A DNA stretch of 64,000 nucleotides from Novosphingobium sp. 17-62-19 (GTDB taxonomy: Bacteria > Pseudomonadota > Alphaproteobacteria > Sphingomonadales > Sphingomonadaceae). Position numbers and translations under genes: made by a program. Positions 1-7,231 of this stretch are shown here, one piece after another. The DNA lies in the NCBI RefSeq assembly GCF_002256775.1, contig NZ_NCII01000014.1, forward strand, positions 6,715 to 70,714. Direction: 5' to 3'. How positions within the stretch are numbered: the stretch's first letter is position 1; each line of letters opens with the position of its first letter. Below the pieces are notes generated by a model. That model had not been told where the DNA came from, did no database searches, and was given only the letters and a program-made list of their open reading frames with translations.

Positions 1-2
1 AA

Positions 3-323
3 GTGCGGCGCGGCAAGCGCTATGACGGGATCATCCTCGATCCGCCCAAGTTCGGGCGCGGGCCAGATGGCGAGGTCTGGCGGCTGGAGGAAAGCCTGCC
101 GGGGCTGGTTGCCGATTGCGCGCAATTGCTCGATGCCGACAGCCGCTTCCTGTTCCTGACGGTCTATGCGGTGCGCATGTCCTCACTCGCCATTGCGGGG
201 CTGCTCGCCGAGGCGCTGAAGGATATGGGCGGCACCATCGAGCATGGTGACCTGGCGATCCGCGAACAGGGTGAGGGTGGCCGTCTGCTCCCCACGGCAA
301 TCTTCGCGCGCTGGAAAAACTGA
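3..323 (+). CDS. class I SAM-dependent methyltransferase (RlmI/RlmK-like rRNA methyltransferase), C-terminal fragment; the 5' end lies outside the window
   Basis: The ORF runs off the left edge. The translation ...YDGIILDPPKFGRGPDGEVW... carries the DPPxF motif IV of class I SAM methyltransferases. Stop TGA at 321-323. Confidence 0.7.
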   Translation: MRRGKRYDGIILDPPKFGRGPDGEVWRLEESLPGLVADCAQLLDADSRFLFLTVYAVRMSSLAIAGLLAEALKDMGGTIEHGDLAIREQGEGGRLLPTAIFARWKN

Positions 324-363
324 CGTGGATTGAAGAAGCAACTTTTTGGTGCTATGTGCTATG

Positions 364-394
364 CACCAAACGACATTGGCTAGCGCCATTGGAT
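364..394. repeat. copy 1 of a duplicated block (18 nt CACCAAACGACATTGGCT, 4-nt gap, 9 nt CCATTGGAT)
   Basis: Perfect identity to 552-569 and 575-583. On the minus strand it reads ATG TCG TTT GGT GCA TAG, so it is not coding. Confidence 0.9.
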
Positions 395-399
395 ACAAG

Positions 400-434
400 C
401 CCTCACCGTTGCAGCGGTGGGGGCTTTTTCGTTT
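400..434 (+). terminator. rho-independent terminator
   Basis: CCCTCACCG (400-408) pairs with CGGTGGGGG (415-423): 9 bp including one G-U, with loop TTGCAG. It is followed by CTTTTTCGTTT. Confidence 0.6.
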
Positions 435-465
435 GGGGGACGCGTTGCAGCGCATCCCCCGCCCG

Positions 466-564
466 TCAGCCTCGCTTGCGGCCTGCCACTTCAACCACCT
501 TCAAGATCAGGGTGGCAAAAGCGAACATGGCCCCAAGGAAGAGGCATAAGTCACCAAACGACAT
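466..564 (-). CDS. small hydrophobic protein, 32 aa (MSFGDLCLFLGAMFAFATLILKVVEVAGRKRG); candidate type I toxin-like or small membrane peptide
   Basis: Internal ATG of ORF 466-681, preceded by GGAGGAA at 570-576 (5-nt spacer). One predicted TM helix plus a basic C-terminal tail. Family not recognised. Confidence 0.4.
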   Translation of the reverse strand: MSFGDLCLFLGAMFAFATLILKVVEVAGRKRG

Positions 565-583
565 TGGCTTTCCTCCATTGGAT
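552..583. repeat. copy 2 of the duplicated block, covering the start codon, the first 5 codons and the region upstream of the SD of the small ORF
   Basis: 552-569 matches 364-381 and 575-583 matches 386-394. The intervening SD (TTCCT on the plus strand) is not shared. Confidence 0.9.
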
Positions 584-761
584 TGCGGCACGATTGCCGC
601 AGGGTTGTTGTAGTTGAGAAAACAAGGCTGTCTCGCCCCGGTCACCTGACCGGGCCAAACTGGAGCAACTTTGCTCCTCAAGAGGGTTGCAAAATGGTCC
701 AGCCATATCGTTTGCCTTTGCAGCTCAGCAGAAAAAGCGGTGTGGACAACGCGCCGTCACG

Positions 762-1166
762 ATGTCAGACGCGCGAGCCATGACTGACAGCCTGATCCTC
801 GAAGTCGCCAATCTGGAAACGCTCGTACTCACCGGGATCTACTCGGAAGAGACCGGGCGGCCGCAGCCGCTGCGCATCACCATGCGCGTGGGGCTGAAGC
901 ATCAGGAGCGTTACACCGCCGATTGCCCGCTTTCCGCCAGCAAGAACTACATGGACCTGAAATTTGCAGCGACCGATGGCTTGCCCAAGGGGGTGCATTT
1001 CAAACTGATCGAGGCCGTGGCAGACCACATCATCGAAACGCTGATGGTGCAGGATGACCGGATCACGTGGGTGGAAGTGAAGATCGTGAAGCTGGCGATC
1101 AGCGAGAATGGCGAAGAGATCGGGATCACGCTAAAGCGCGAGCGGCCCAACGGGGCTCTGGTTTGA
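762..1166 (+). CDS. folB: dihydroneopterin aldolase family protein (FolB-like)
   Basis: ORF 687-1166 trimmed to ATG 762, giving ~134 aa. The N-terminal beta-strand pattern LILEV..LVLTGIYSEE..RPQPLRI and the size are typical of FolB. Followed 2 nt later by an SDR gene. Confidence 0.7.
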   Translation: MSDARAMTDSLILEVANLETLVLTGIYSEETGRPQPLRITMRVGLKHQERYTADCPLSASKNYMDLKFAATDGLPKGVHFKLIEAVADHIIETLMVQDDRITWVEVKIVKLAISENGEEIGITLKRERPNGALV

Positions 1167-1168
1167 CA

Positions 1169-1924
1169 GTGCGGCCGCTTGCGCTGGTGACCGGCGGCTG
1201 GCGGCGTATTGGCGGGGCGATTGCGCGCAAGCTGGCGAGTGAGGGCTGGGACCTTGCGCTCCATGCACACCATGCAGGCACGTTCGACGCGGAATTCAAG
1301 GCACAGCTGGAGTGGCTGGGCGCGGCGGTGTTCCCGCTATCCGGCGATCTGGAGGACCCTGCCTATCCTCCGCAATTGCTAACAGATGTCACTGCTGCGG
1401 CGGGTCGTTCGCCGGACTTGTTGATTAACTGCGCTTCGCTGTTTCACGATGACCGGGTCGAGACGATCACCTCGGCTGAACTGGAGCAGCATTTCCGCGT
1501 CAACGTGTTTGCACCGCTGTTGCTGACCCGCGCCTTTGCCGAGGCGCTGAGCGAGCGTGAAGGTTCGGTGGTCAACATCCTCGACCAGCGCGTGATGAAC
1601 CCGGTGCCCGACCAGATCAGCTATACGATCTCAAAGCAGGCGTTGCACGCCTCGGTGCGCACAATGTCACGCGCTATGGCCCCCAAAGTGCGGGTCAATG
1701 GCGTGGCGCCGGGGCTGATCCTGCCAACGGCTGATTACGATGCCGAACAGTGGCGCAGGCTGGAAGAGGTCATGCCGCTCAAACGGTTGCCCGGCGCGGA
1801 CGAGATTGCCGATGCAGTCCACTACCTTGCGACCGCGAAATCGGTGACGGGGCAGACTTTGTTTGTCGATGCGGGCGCAAGCCTTGAATCTTACCCGCGA
1901 GACTTCGTATACATGGGCAAGTGA
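1169..1924 (+). CDS. short-chain dehydrogenase/reductase (pteridine reductase / FolM-like)
   Basis: GTG at 1169, in frame with ORF 1067-1924. Contains the TGGWRRIG cofactor-binding glycine motif and a YTISK (YxxxK) catalytic pair. Confidence 0.8.
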   Translation: MRPLALVTGGWRRIGGAIARKLASEGWDLALHAHHAGTFDAEFKAQLEWLGAAVFPLSGDLEDPAYPPQLLTDVTAAAGRSPDLLINCASLFHDDRVETITSAELEQHFRVNVFAPLLLTRAFAEALSEREGSVVNILDQRVMNPVPDQISYTISKQALHASVRTMSRAMAPKVRVNGVAPGLILPTADYDAEQWRRLEEVMPLKRLPGADEIADAVHYLATAKSVTGQTLFVDAGASLESYPRDFVYMGK

Positions 1925-2925
1925 ACGCCTCCGCGCCCTTGATCGACAGATTCGCCCGGCGAATCACCTACCTTCGTCTGTCGGTGACGGATCGCTGCGA
2001 TTTGCGTTGCGCCTATTGTATGCCCGAGCGGATGGAGTTCCTGCCCAAGGCCGAAGTGCTTTCGTTGGAAGAACTGCACCGCCTTTCACTCCACTTCATC
2101 GCGCGCGGCGTGCGCAAGATCCGGTTGACCGGGGGCGAGCCCTTGGTTCGGCGGGACATGATGGAACTGGTGCGAGCGCTGGGCCGAAAGCTGGGCGATG
2201 GGCTGGACGAGCTGACACTGACCACCAACGGCACGCGCTTGTCCGAATTTGCCGATGACCTTGCCGCTGCTGGTGTGAAGCGGATCAACGTCTCGCTGGA
2301 CACGTTGGACCGAGACGGGTTTGCCAAGCTCTCGCGCCGCGACATGCTGCCACAGGTGCTCGAAGGCATTGCTGCGGCGAAGGCGGCGGGCTTGAAGGTC
2401 AAGATCAACGCCGTGGCGCTCAAGGACATCAACGAGGCGGAGCTGCCTTCGTTGATCGCCTGGGCGCATGGGGCCGGGCATGACATGACGTTGATTGAGG
2501 TCATGCCGCTGGGCGAGGTTGAGGGTGACCGGTTCGACCACTACCTGCCGCTCGATGCCGTGCGCCGTGATCTGGAACAGCGCTGGACCTTGACGCCAAG
2601 CAACGCGACTTCTGGCGGGCCTGCACGCTATGTCGATATTGCCGAAACCGGAGGGCGGCTGGGTTTCATTACGCCGCTGACAGGCAATTTCTGCGAAGGC
2701 TGCAACCGCGTGCGCGTGACTGCCACAGGGCAGCTCTACATGTGCCTGGGCGGGGAAGGCCGCGTGGATCTACGCGCAGCGCTGCGCTCTGATGATCCCG
2801 ATGGCGCGCTGTCGGAATGCTTTGCCCGTGCCATGGGCGAGAAGCAGGAGCGGCACAGCTTCGTGATCGACAAGCCGGGCGGTGCGCCTGCTGTTTCGCG
2901 CCACATGTCGACCACGGGCGGCTGA
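1921..2925 (+). CDS. moaA: GTP 3',8-cyclase MoaA (radical SAM)
   Basis: [22 protein letters not shown] contains the CxxxCxxC radical-SAM motif, and there is a C-terminal CEGCNRVR cluster. The GTG start overlaps the SDR stop (GTGA). Confidence 0.95.
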   Translation: MNASAPLIDRFARRITYLRLSVTDRCDLRCAYCMPERMEFLPKAEVLSLEELHRLSLHFIARGVRKIRLTGGEPLVRRDMMELVRALGRKLGDGLDELTLTTNGTRLSEFADDLAAAGVKRINVSLDTLDRDGFAKLSRRDMLPQVLEGIAAAKAAGLKVKINAVALKDINEAELPSLIAWAHGAGHDMTLIEVMPLGEVEGDRFDHYLPLDAVRRDLEQRWTLTPSNATSGGPARYVDIAETGGRLGFITPLTGNFCEGCNRVRVTATGQLYMCLGGEGRVDLRAALRSDDPDGALSECFARAMGEKQERHSFVIDKPGGAPAVSRHMSTTGG

Positions 2926-2929
2926 TGTG

Positions 2930-3166
2930 ATGGCAAAGCTGGTGTTCTTGGGGCGGCTGGAAGACGTTGCCGGGATGGGCGAGATGTCTGTCCAGCCGGG
3001 GCCTGTGGAGCATGTGCTCGCTTCGCTTGATCCTGCGCTCGCGGTGCAATTGCTGGGCGAGAAAGTGCGCATGGCGCTCAACGGCGCGCTGTTGACAGAT
3101 GTGGGCGGCGTGGTGCTGGCCGAGGGTGATGAATTGGCGTTTCTTCCGCCTGTTAGCGGGGGCTGA
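2930..3166 (+). CDS. moaD: molybdopterin synthase sulfur-carrier subunit MoaD
   Basis: 78 aa ending ...LAFLPPVSGG, the C-terminal GG of the ubiquitin-like carrier. ATG at 2930, 4 nt after the moaA stop. Confidence 0.85.
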   Translation: MAKLVFLGRLEDVAGMGEMSVQPGPVEHVLASLDPALAVQLLGEKVRMALNGALLTDVGGVVLAEGDELAFLPPVSGG

Positions 3167-3167
3167 G

Positions 3168-3611
3168 ATGCTTGACGTCAGGCTGGCGCTCGATGCCTTC
3201 GATCCCGCAACGGAAATCGCGGCATTCAATACACGCCACCACCATGCTGGCGGGATCGTCACGTTTCTTGGTCAAGTCCGCGATTCGGGCGGTGTTGAGG
3301 CGCTGGAACTGCAACATTATGCACCGATGACGCTGCCGGGCATGGAAGAGCTTGCCCGCATTACCCACGCGCGCTGGCCGGTGGAGGGGTTGCTGATCCT
3401 GCACCGCAGCGGCGTGATGCATCCCGGCGATGCCATTGTGCTGGTCTGTGCCGCCGCGCGCCATCGCCGCGATGCCTTTGCGGCAGCCGACTTCGCGATG
3501 GATCACCTCAAGAGCGAATCGTGGTTCTGGAAGCGTGAGAAGACCGCCAAGGGCTGGCGCTGGATCGAACCGCGCCCTGAGGACCGCGAAGACCTTTCGC
3601 GCTGGGGCTAG
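3168..3611 (+). CDS. moaE: molybdopterin synthase catalytic subunit MoaE
   Basis: ATG at 3168, 1 nt after the moaD stop. GGIVTFLGQVRD...LELQHY...HRSG....AIVLV...HR..AF.A..F..D.LK....FWK matches the MoaE pattern. Confidence 0.9.
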   Translation: MLDVRLALDAFDPATEIAAFNTRHHHAGGIVTFLGQVRDSGGVEALELQHYAPMTLPGMEELARITHARWPVEGLLILHRSGVMHPGDAIVLVCAAARHRRDAFAAADFAMDHLKSESWFWKREKTAKGWRWIEPRPEDREDLSRWG

Positions 3612-4138
3612 GCTCCGAGGCGGCTGCGTAGCGAATCGATCGCCCGTGTCTCAGCCTCAACCAAAACGTCCACCTTCTCGCGCGCGGCTCTCACAGCCTT
3701 GAGATCAGCGTCCGAACCATTGACCGCACGGTTGCTGGCGTCAGCTTCAAGACGGTCCAGATCGGCAAGTGGCATGGCGGCGAGGGAGCGGGCAGATTCC
3801 AGCCCGGCCAGCGCGACCGAGGCTACCGACCAGCTTTCTGTGCCCTTTGCCGCACCCGCTGCGGCATTGATCGTTCGCGTGGCAGCAGCCTGACGCGATT
3901 CAAAAGTCGCATGGGCGGCGTCAGCGTTTGCCAGCAAGGCTGCAAGGCGTTCTGGCAGGCCTTCGCTGACCACGGCGGGTGGTGTAGGTACCGGGAGGGA
4001 GCCCTGCGCGGCGCTATAGGCATCCTCGGCAGGGCGGCGCGCAAGCGAGGGAAAATCGCTGCGCTCGGCACAGCCGGCAATTAATAGTGCGGAAGCCAGC
4101 GAGGCCATTGCAGCGATGCGAGAATTGCGCTTGATCAT
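3608..4138 (-). CDS. hypothetical lipoprotein (Ala-rich)
   Basis: ORF trimmed to MIKRNSRIAAMASLASALLIAGC, a signal peptide with lipobox LIAG/C. No recognisable domain. Confidence 0.6.
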   Translation of the reverse strand: MIKRNSRIAAMASLASALLIAGCAERSDFPSLARRPAEDAYSAAQGSLPVPTPPAVVSEGLPERLAALLANADAAHATFESRQAAATRTINAAAGAAKGTESWSVASVALAGLESARSLAAMPLADLDRLEADASNRAVNGSDADLKAVRAAREKVDVLVEAETRAIDSLRSRLGA

Positions 4139-4223
4139 GCCCGCGCCATAGCATGACCGGCACCAGTCGCCAGTGTTTGCATATGCAAGTGCAGTGATAC
4201 GCCTGATTTCAGGCAAGATCGCA

Positions 4224-4252
4224 TTGACAGGGCGCGTGTGTTTGACTATCCG
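4224..4252 (+). promoter_or_regulatory. sigma70-like promoter candidate for rplU-rpmA
   Basis: TTGACA (4224-4229), 17-nt spacer, TATCCG (4247-4252), ~135 nt upstream of rplU. Confidence 0.3.
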
Positions 4253-4386
4253 CGCCCTTCTTTCCGGGACCCTGCAGGCAGCGGGGAAACGGCATTTTGC
4301 CCGTTGTCAGCGATTCGCAGGCGTTGGGTGCCTCATTTGGAATCGCCTCGGGCAACCGTAGGCTTTTGGAACGGATACACAGAACG

Positions 4387-4683
4387 ATGTTCGCAATCGT
4401 GCGCACGGGCGGCAAACAGTATCGGGTTGCCGCCGGAGACAAGATCGCGGTCGAGAAGCTGGCAGGCGAAGCCGGCGACAAGATCACGCTGGGTGAAGTC
4501 CTGCTCGCTGGCGAAGGTGATTCGCTGGCTGACGCCGCCAAGATCACTGTTTCGGCAGAGATCATTGCCCAGGCGAAGTCGGAAAAGGTGATCGTTTTCA
4601 AGAAGCGTCGCCGCCACAACTATCGTCGCCGCAACGGACACCGCCAGCAGATGACCCTGCTGCGCATCGTGTCGGTCGCCTGA
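4387..4683 (+). CDS. rplU: 50S ribosomal protein L21
   Basis: [14 protein letters not shown]...[16 protein letters not shown] is the canonical L21 sequence. Confidence 0.95.
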   Translation: MFAIVRTGGKQYRVAAGDKIAVEKLAGEAGDKITLGEVLLAGEGDSLADAAKITVSAEIIAQAKSEKVIVFKKRRRHNYRRRNGHRQQMTLLRIVSVA

Positions 4684-4711
4684 GCGCAAACGGAATTCGG
4701 AGTAATCTGAG

Positions 4712-4949
4712 ATGGCACATAAGAAAGCAGGCGGCTCTTCGCGCAACGGTCGCGACTCAGCAGGCCGCCGCCTTGGCGTAAAGAAGTTCGGCGGTCAGGA
4801 AGTGATCGGCGGTGTATCCGGGCGCAAACGTCGGCATGGGCAAGGATCACACCCTGTTCGCGCTGGCCGAAGGCCGCGTCCGTTTTCACGGCGGAAAGCT
4901 CGACCGCAAATATGTGTCGGTCGACGTGATGGCTGAAGCGGCAGAATAA
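4712..4949 (+). pseudogene. rpmA: 50S ribosomal protein L27 gene with an internal ~32-nt deletion and frameshift
   Basis: Frame 1 (4712-4813) reads [34 protein letters not shown]. Frame 2 (4812-4949) reads [45 protein letters not shown]. The conserved NIIxRQRGTK segment between them is absent. Confidence 0.85.
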
Positions 4950-5014
4950 CCGGATGGTCATCCAAAGGGCCATCCTGATGGGGTGGCCCCGCCGGCTTTT
5001 CAACGCTGGCCGAT

Positions 5015-5048
5015 AGAGGGAGAGGGCCCCGCCCATCTCCCTCTTTTC
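5015..5048 (+). terminator. rho-independent terminator downstream of rpmA
   Basis: AGAGGGAG (5015-5022) pairs with CTCCCTCT (5037-5044) across a 14-nt loop, followed by TTTC. Confidence 0.5.
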
Positions 5049-5184
5049 ATGTCTCCCTCGGACGTCAACCGCGCTTCCTCGCAATCGGACGCATTCCCCG
5101 TCCGATCCGGCGCAGGGCGCAATACCTTTGTCACGGCAGGTGTTTAGCTGCGCGTGACAGAGGCGCCGAGAACGGAGACTTTGT

Positions 5185-5669
5185 ATGTTCATTCGCAGCG
5201 AACGGCTGTTCCTGCGGCCCGGCTGGCCGGAGGATTGGAGAGCTTTGTCGCGCTGCCGCAAGCGAACCGCCACCCGCACTTCTTTGTCACGCTTCCCGGA
5301 GCGCACGGTTCGCGTCTGGTCGGCTGCGTTGGTCTGGCACAATACGGGCAGGAAACCGAACTGGGATACTGGATCGGCCGACAGCACTGGGGGCGGGGCT
5401 ATGCAACTGAGGCTGCCCGCGCCGTGCTGAGCCTTGCGCGTTCGCTTGGCCACCGCCGCGTCATCGCCACACCCTTTGCCGATAACGCCGGTTCCGCGCG
5501 CGTGCTTGCCAAGTCCGGGTTCCGCGCCACCGGGGAAGTCCGCAAGATTCGCAGTCCAGCGCGGAGCGAGCCGATGGCTGCGATGGTCCATGCTGTCGAT
5601 CTGGCAGCGCCGCTTGATTGCGATGGACCGAAGGACGGCGGCTTTGCGTCAATGCGCCGCGCAGCCTGA
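5185..5669 (+). pseudogene. GNAT family N-acetyltransferase (RimJ/RimL-like) with an internal deletion and frameshift
   Basis: The conserved N-terminus MFIRSERLFLRPGWPEDW is in the 5185 frame. The rest (SFVALPQANRHPHFFVTLPG...ELGYWIGRQHWGRGYATEAARAVL...FADNAGSARVLAKSGF) is in the 5154 frame. The junction is near 5236-5243. Confidence 0.7.
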
Positions 5670-5706
5670 AAGGTAAAAGGGCTCCCCTTGGGGAGCCCTT
5701 CACAAT

Positions 5707-6600
5707 TCAACCCGGCAGTACTGCGTCCCGAAACTCGCTGTCTGCCTTGCCGATCAGCGCCCGGTCATCGTGCTGCCATGGATGGAAGCCTGGCATGAAA
5801 TAGCTGAGCCAGGCCGGGAAAATACGGCGGATGACGCCGGGCTTCCACAGCAGATAGGTGGCCAGCTTCCATTTCCACTTCGCGCCGGTCAGGCCGTCCT
5901 GTTCCAGCAGATCAAGCGTGTCTTCCACGCGATGGGTCAGGAAGTTCTTGGTGACGATAACCATCATCAGGCTCTTCACCTTCCAGCGCTTCCACCGGCT
6001 CCAATCGCGCGTGGCATGGAGCCAAGTGTCGTAGGCGACACCCTTGTGCTCGATCTCTTCAATCGCGTGCCAACGCCACATATCCGCAGGTTCCTGCTCC
6101 GCACCTGCAAAATGGGCTGGGTTGGCGAGGAATTCGTGCGCCATCATCGCGGTGTAGTGTTCCAGCGCCATCGTGGCGGCAAGGTTCAGGATGACCGGGC
6201 GATCCTTTGTCAGTGCCAGCATTTCCTCAACGCGCTTGTCGATGCGCGCAATGTCATAGCCGGCATTCTCCGCCGCGCGGTTGAACGCAACATGCTCACG
6301 CGTGTGATTGATTTCCTGCCGGACGAAGGCACGAATTTCGGCTTCCAACTTGGGCGGCACACCATCGCGGTGCGCCTTTACCGCTTCGATGAAAAACGCT
6401 TCACCGCGCGGAAAGGTGGCTGAAAGCGCGTTGTGCCACGCGGTTGCGATGGGATCATTGTTCAGCCACCACCGGCCAGCAGGTTCATTGCGGCCAAAAC
6501 GCCGGTCACGTATCGTGATCGTCAGATCTGCAGGAGTGGGCACAGCCTTGCCGGTTGGGGCGCTGCGCTCTAGTGCGATGGTTGGGGTCATGGCTGTCAT
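5707..6600 (-). CDS. metal-dependent hydrolase family protein (PF10118-like)
   Basis: ORF 5707-7005 trimmed to ATG 6600, because the upstream part is antisense to the TetR gene. WHAIEEIEHKGVAYD and REHVAFN motifs resemble this family. Confidence 0.6.
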   Translation of the reverse strand: MTAMTPTIALERSAPTGKAVPTPADLTITIRDRRFGRNEPAGRWWLNNDPIATAWHNALSATFPRGEAFFIEAVKAHRDGVPPKLEAEIRAFVRQEINHTREHVAFNRAAENAGYDIARIDKRVEEMLALTKDRPVILNLAATMALEHYTAMMAHEFLANPAHFAGAEQEPADMWRWHAIEEIEHKGVAYDTWLHATRDWSRWKRWKVKSLMMVIVTKNFLTHRVEDTLDLLEQDGLTGAKWKWKLATYLLWKPGVIRRIFPAWLSYFMPGFHPWQHDDRALIGKADSEFRDAVLPG

Positions 6601-6628
6601 GAGCCAAAATGTAGGCGTGCTTACACCA

Positions 6629-7231
6629 ATGTCAATAAGAAAGCGTCTCCCGCCCGAGGAAAGCCGTATGGCGGCGCTTGAGGCTGCGCGTGGGTTGCTT
6701 GTTGAAACCGGGCCGCAGGCCGTGACGCTTAAGGCCGTTGCGGGGAGGATCGGACGCACCCATGCCAACCTGCTGCACCACTTCGGCTCGGCGGCAGGCT
6801 TGCAAAAGGCGCTGGCCAAACATCTGGCCGAAACGATCTGCGCCACAATTCGTGAGGCTGTGATTGCCAGCCGCTCCGGCATTGGCTCACCACGCGATGT
6901 GGTGGACCTGACGTTTGATGCGTTTGACAAAGAGGGTGCAGGTGCGCTCGCATCGTGGATGCTGCTTTCGGGCAACGAGGATGCGCTCGATCCTATTGTC
7001 GACACAATCCACGATCTGGTGGTCGATCTTGACGAGTATCAGTCAGACACGCAGCGCAGCACCACGCTGGCATTGACGCTGATGGCTTTGGGCGACGCGT
7101 TGATGGGCGGGCCGTTGGCGCAGGCGCTGGAACTTCCGCGCGATGCAGCGCGGGACCGTGCCGAAAAGATGCTGGTTGAAGGAATCGTGCAAGCCCAGGC
7201 TGGAGCACAGTGCTCTAGTCAGCAACCGTAA
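6629..7231 (+). CDS. TetR/AcrR family transcriptional regulator
   Basis: N-terminal HTH region AALEAARGLLVETGPQAVTLKAVAGRIGRTHANLLHHFGS. The start is either ATG 6629 or ATG 6599. Confidence 0.8.
   Translation: MSIRKRLPPEESRMAALEAARGLLVETGPQAVTLKAVAGRIGRTHANLLHHFGSAAGLQKALAKHLAETICATIREAVIASRSGIGSPRDVVDLTFDAFDKEGAGALASWMLLSGNEDALDPIVDTIHDLVVDLDEYQSDTQRSTTLALTLMALGDALMGGPLAQALELPRDAARDRAEKMLVEGIVQAQAGAQCSSQQP

Larger units (their letters stand above)
360..434 (+). ncRNA. hypothetical ~70-nt sRNA, a candidate antitoxin complementary to the start region of the small ORF at 466-564
   Basis: Promoter-like TTGAAG (330-335), 17-nt spacer, TATGTG (353-358). Positions 364-381 and 386-394 are perfect complements of the mRNA start region of the minus-strand small ORF. 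Ends in the intrinsic terminator at 400-434. No expression data. Confidence 0.25.

Noticed and set aside
1900-1925. Moco riboswitch upstream of moaA
   Set aside because: The moaA start overlaps the stop of the preceding SDR gene, so there is no leader that could hold a riboswitch.
4805-4820. Programmed ribosomal frameshift in rpmA
   Set aside because: No slippery heptamer or stimulatory structure is present, and about 10 conserved codons are physically missing. A deletion, real or an artefact, is the simpler explanation.
5154-5669. Reading the GNAT gene as an intact 171-aa protein starting at GTG 5154
   Set aside because: The first ~28 residues of that frame look random. The strongly GNAT-like N-terminus MFIRSERLFLRPGWPEDW sits in another frame at 5185, so a frameshift or deletion explains the data better.
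5707-7005. Full 432-aa version of the hydrolase ORF
   Set aside because: The first ~135 codons are antisense to the TetR gene and show no hydrolase similarity. The ORF was trimmed to ATG 6600.
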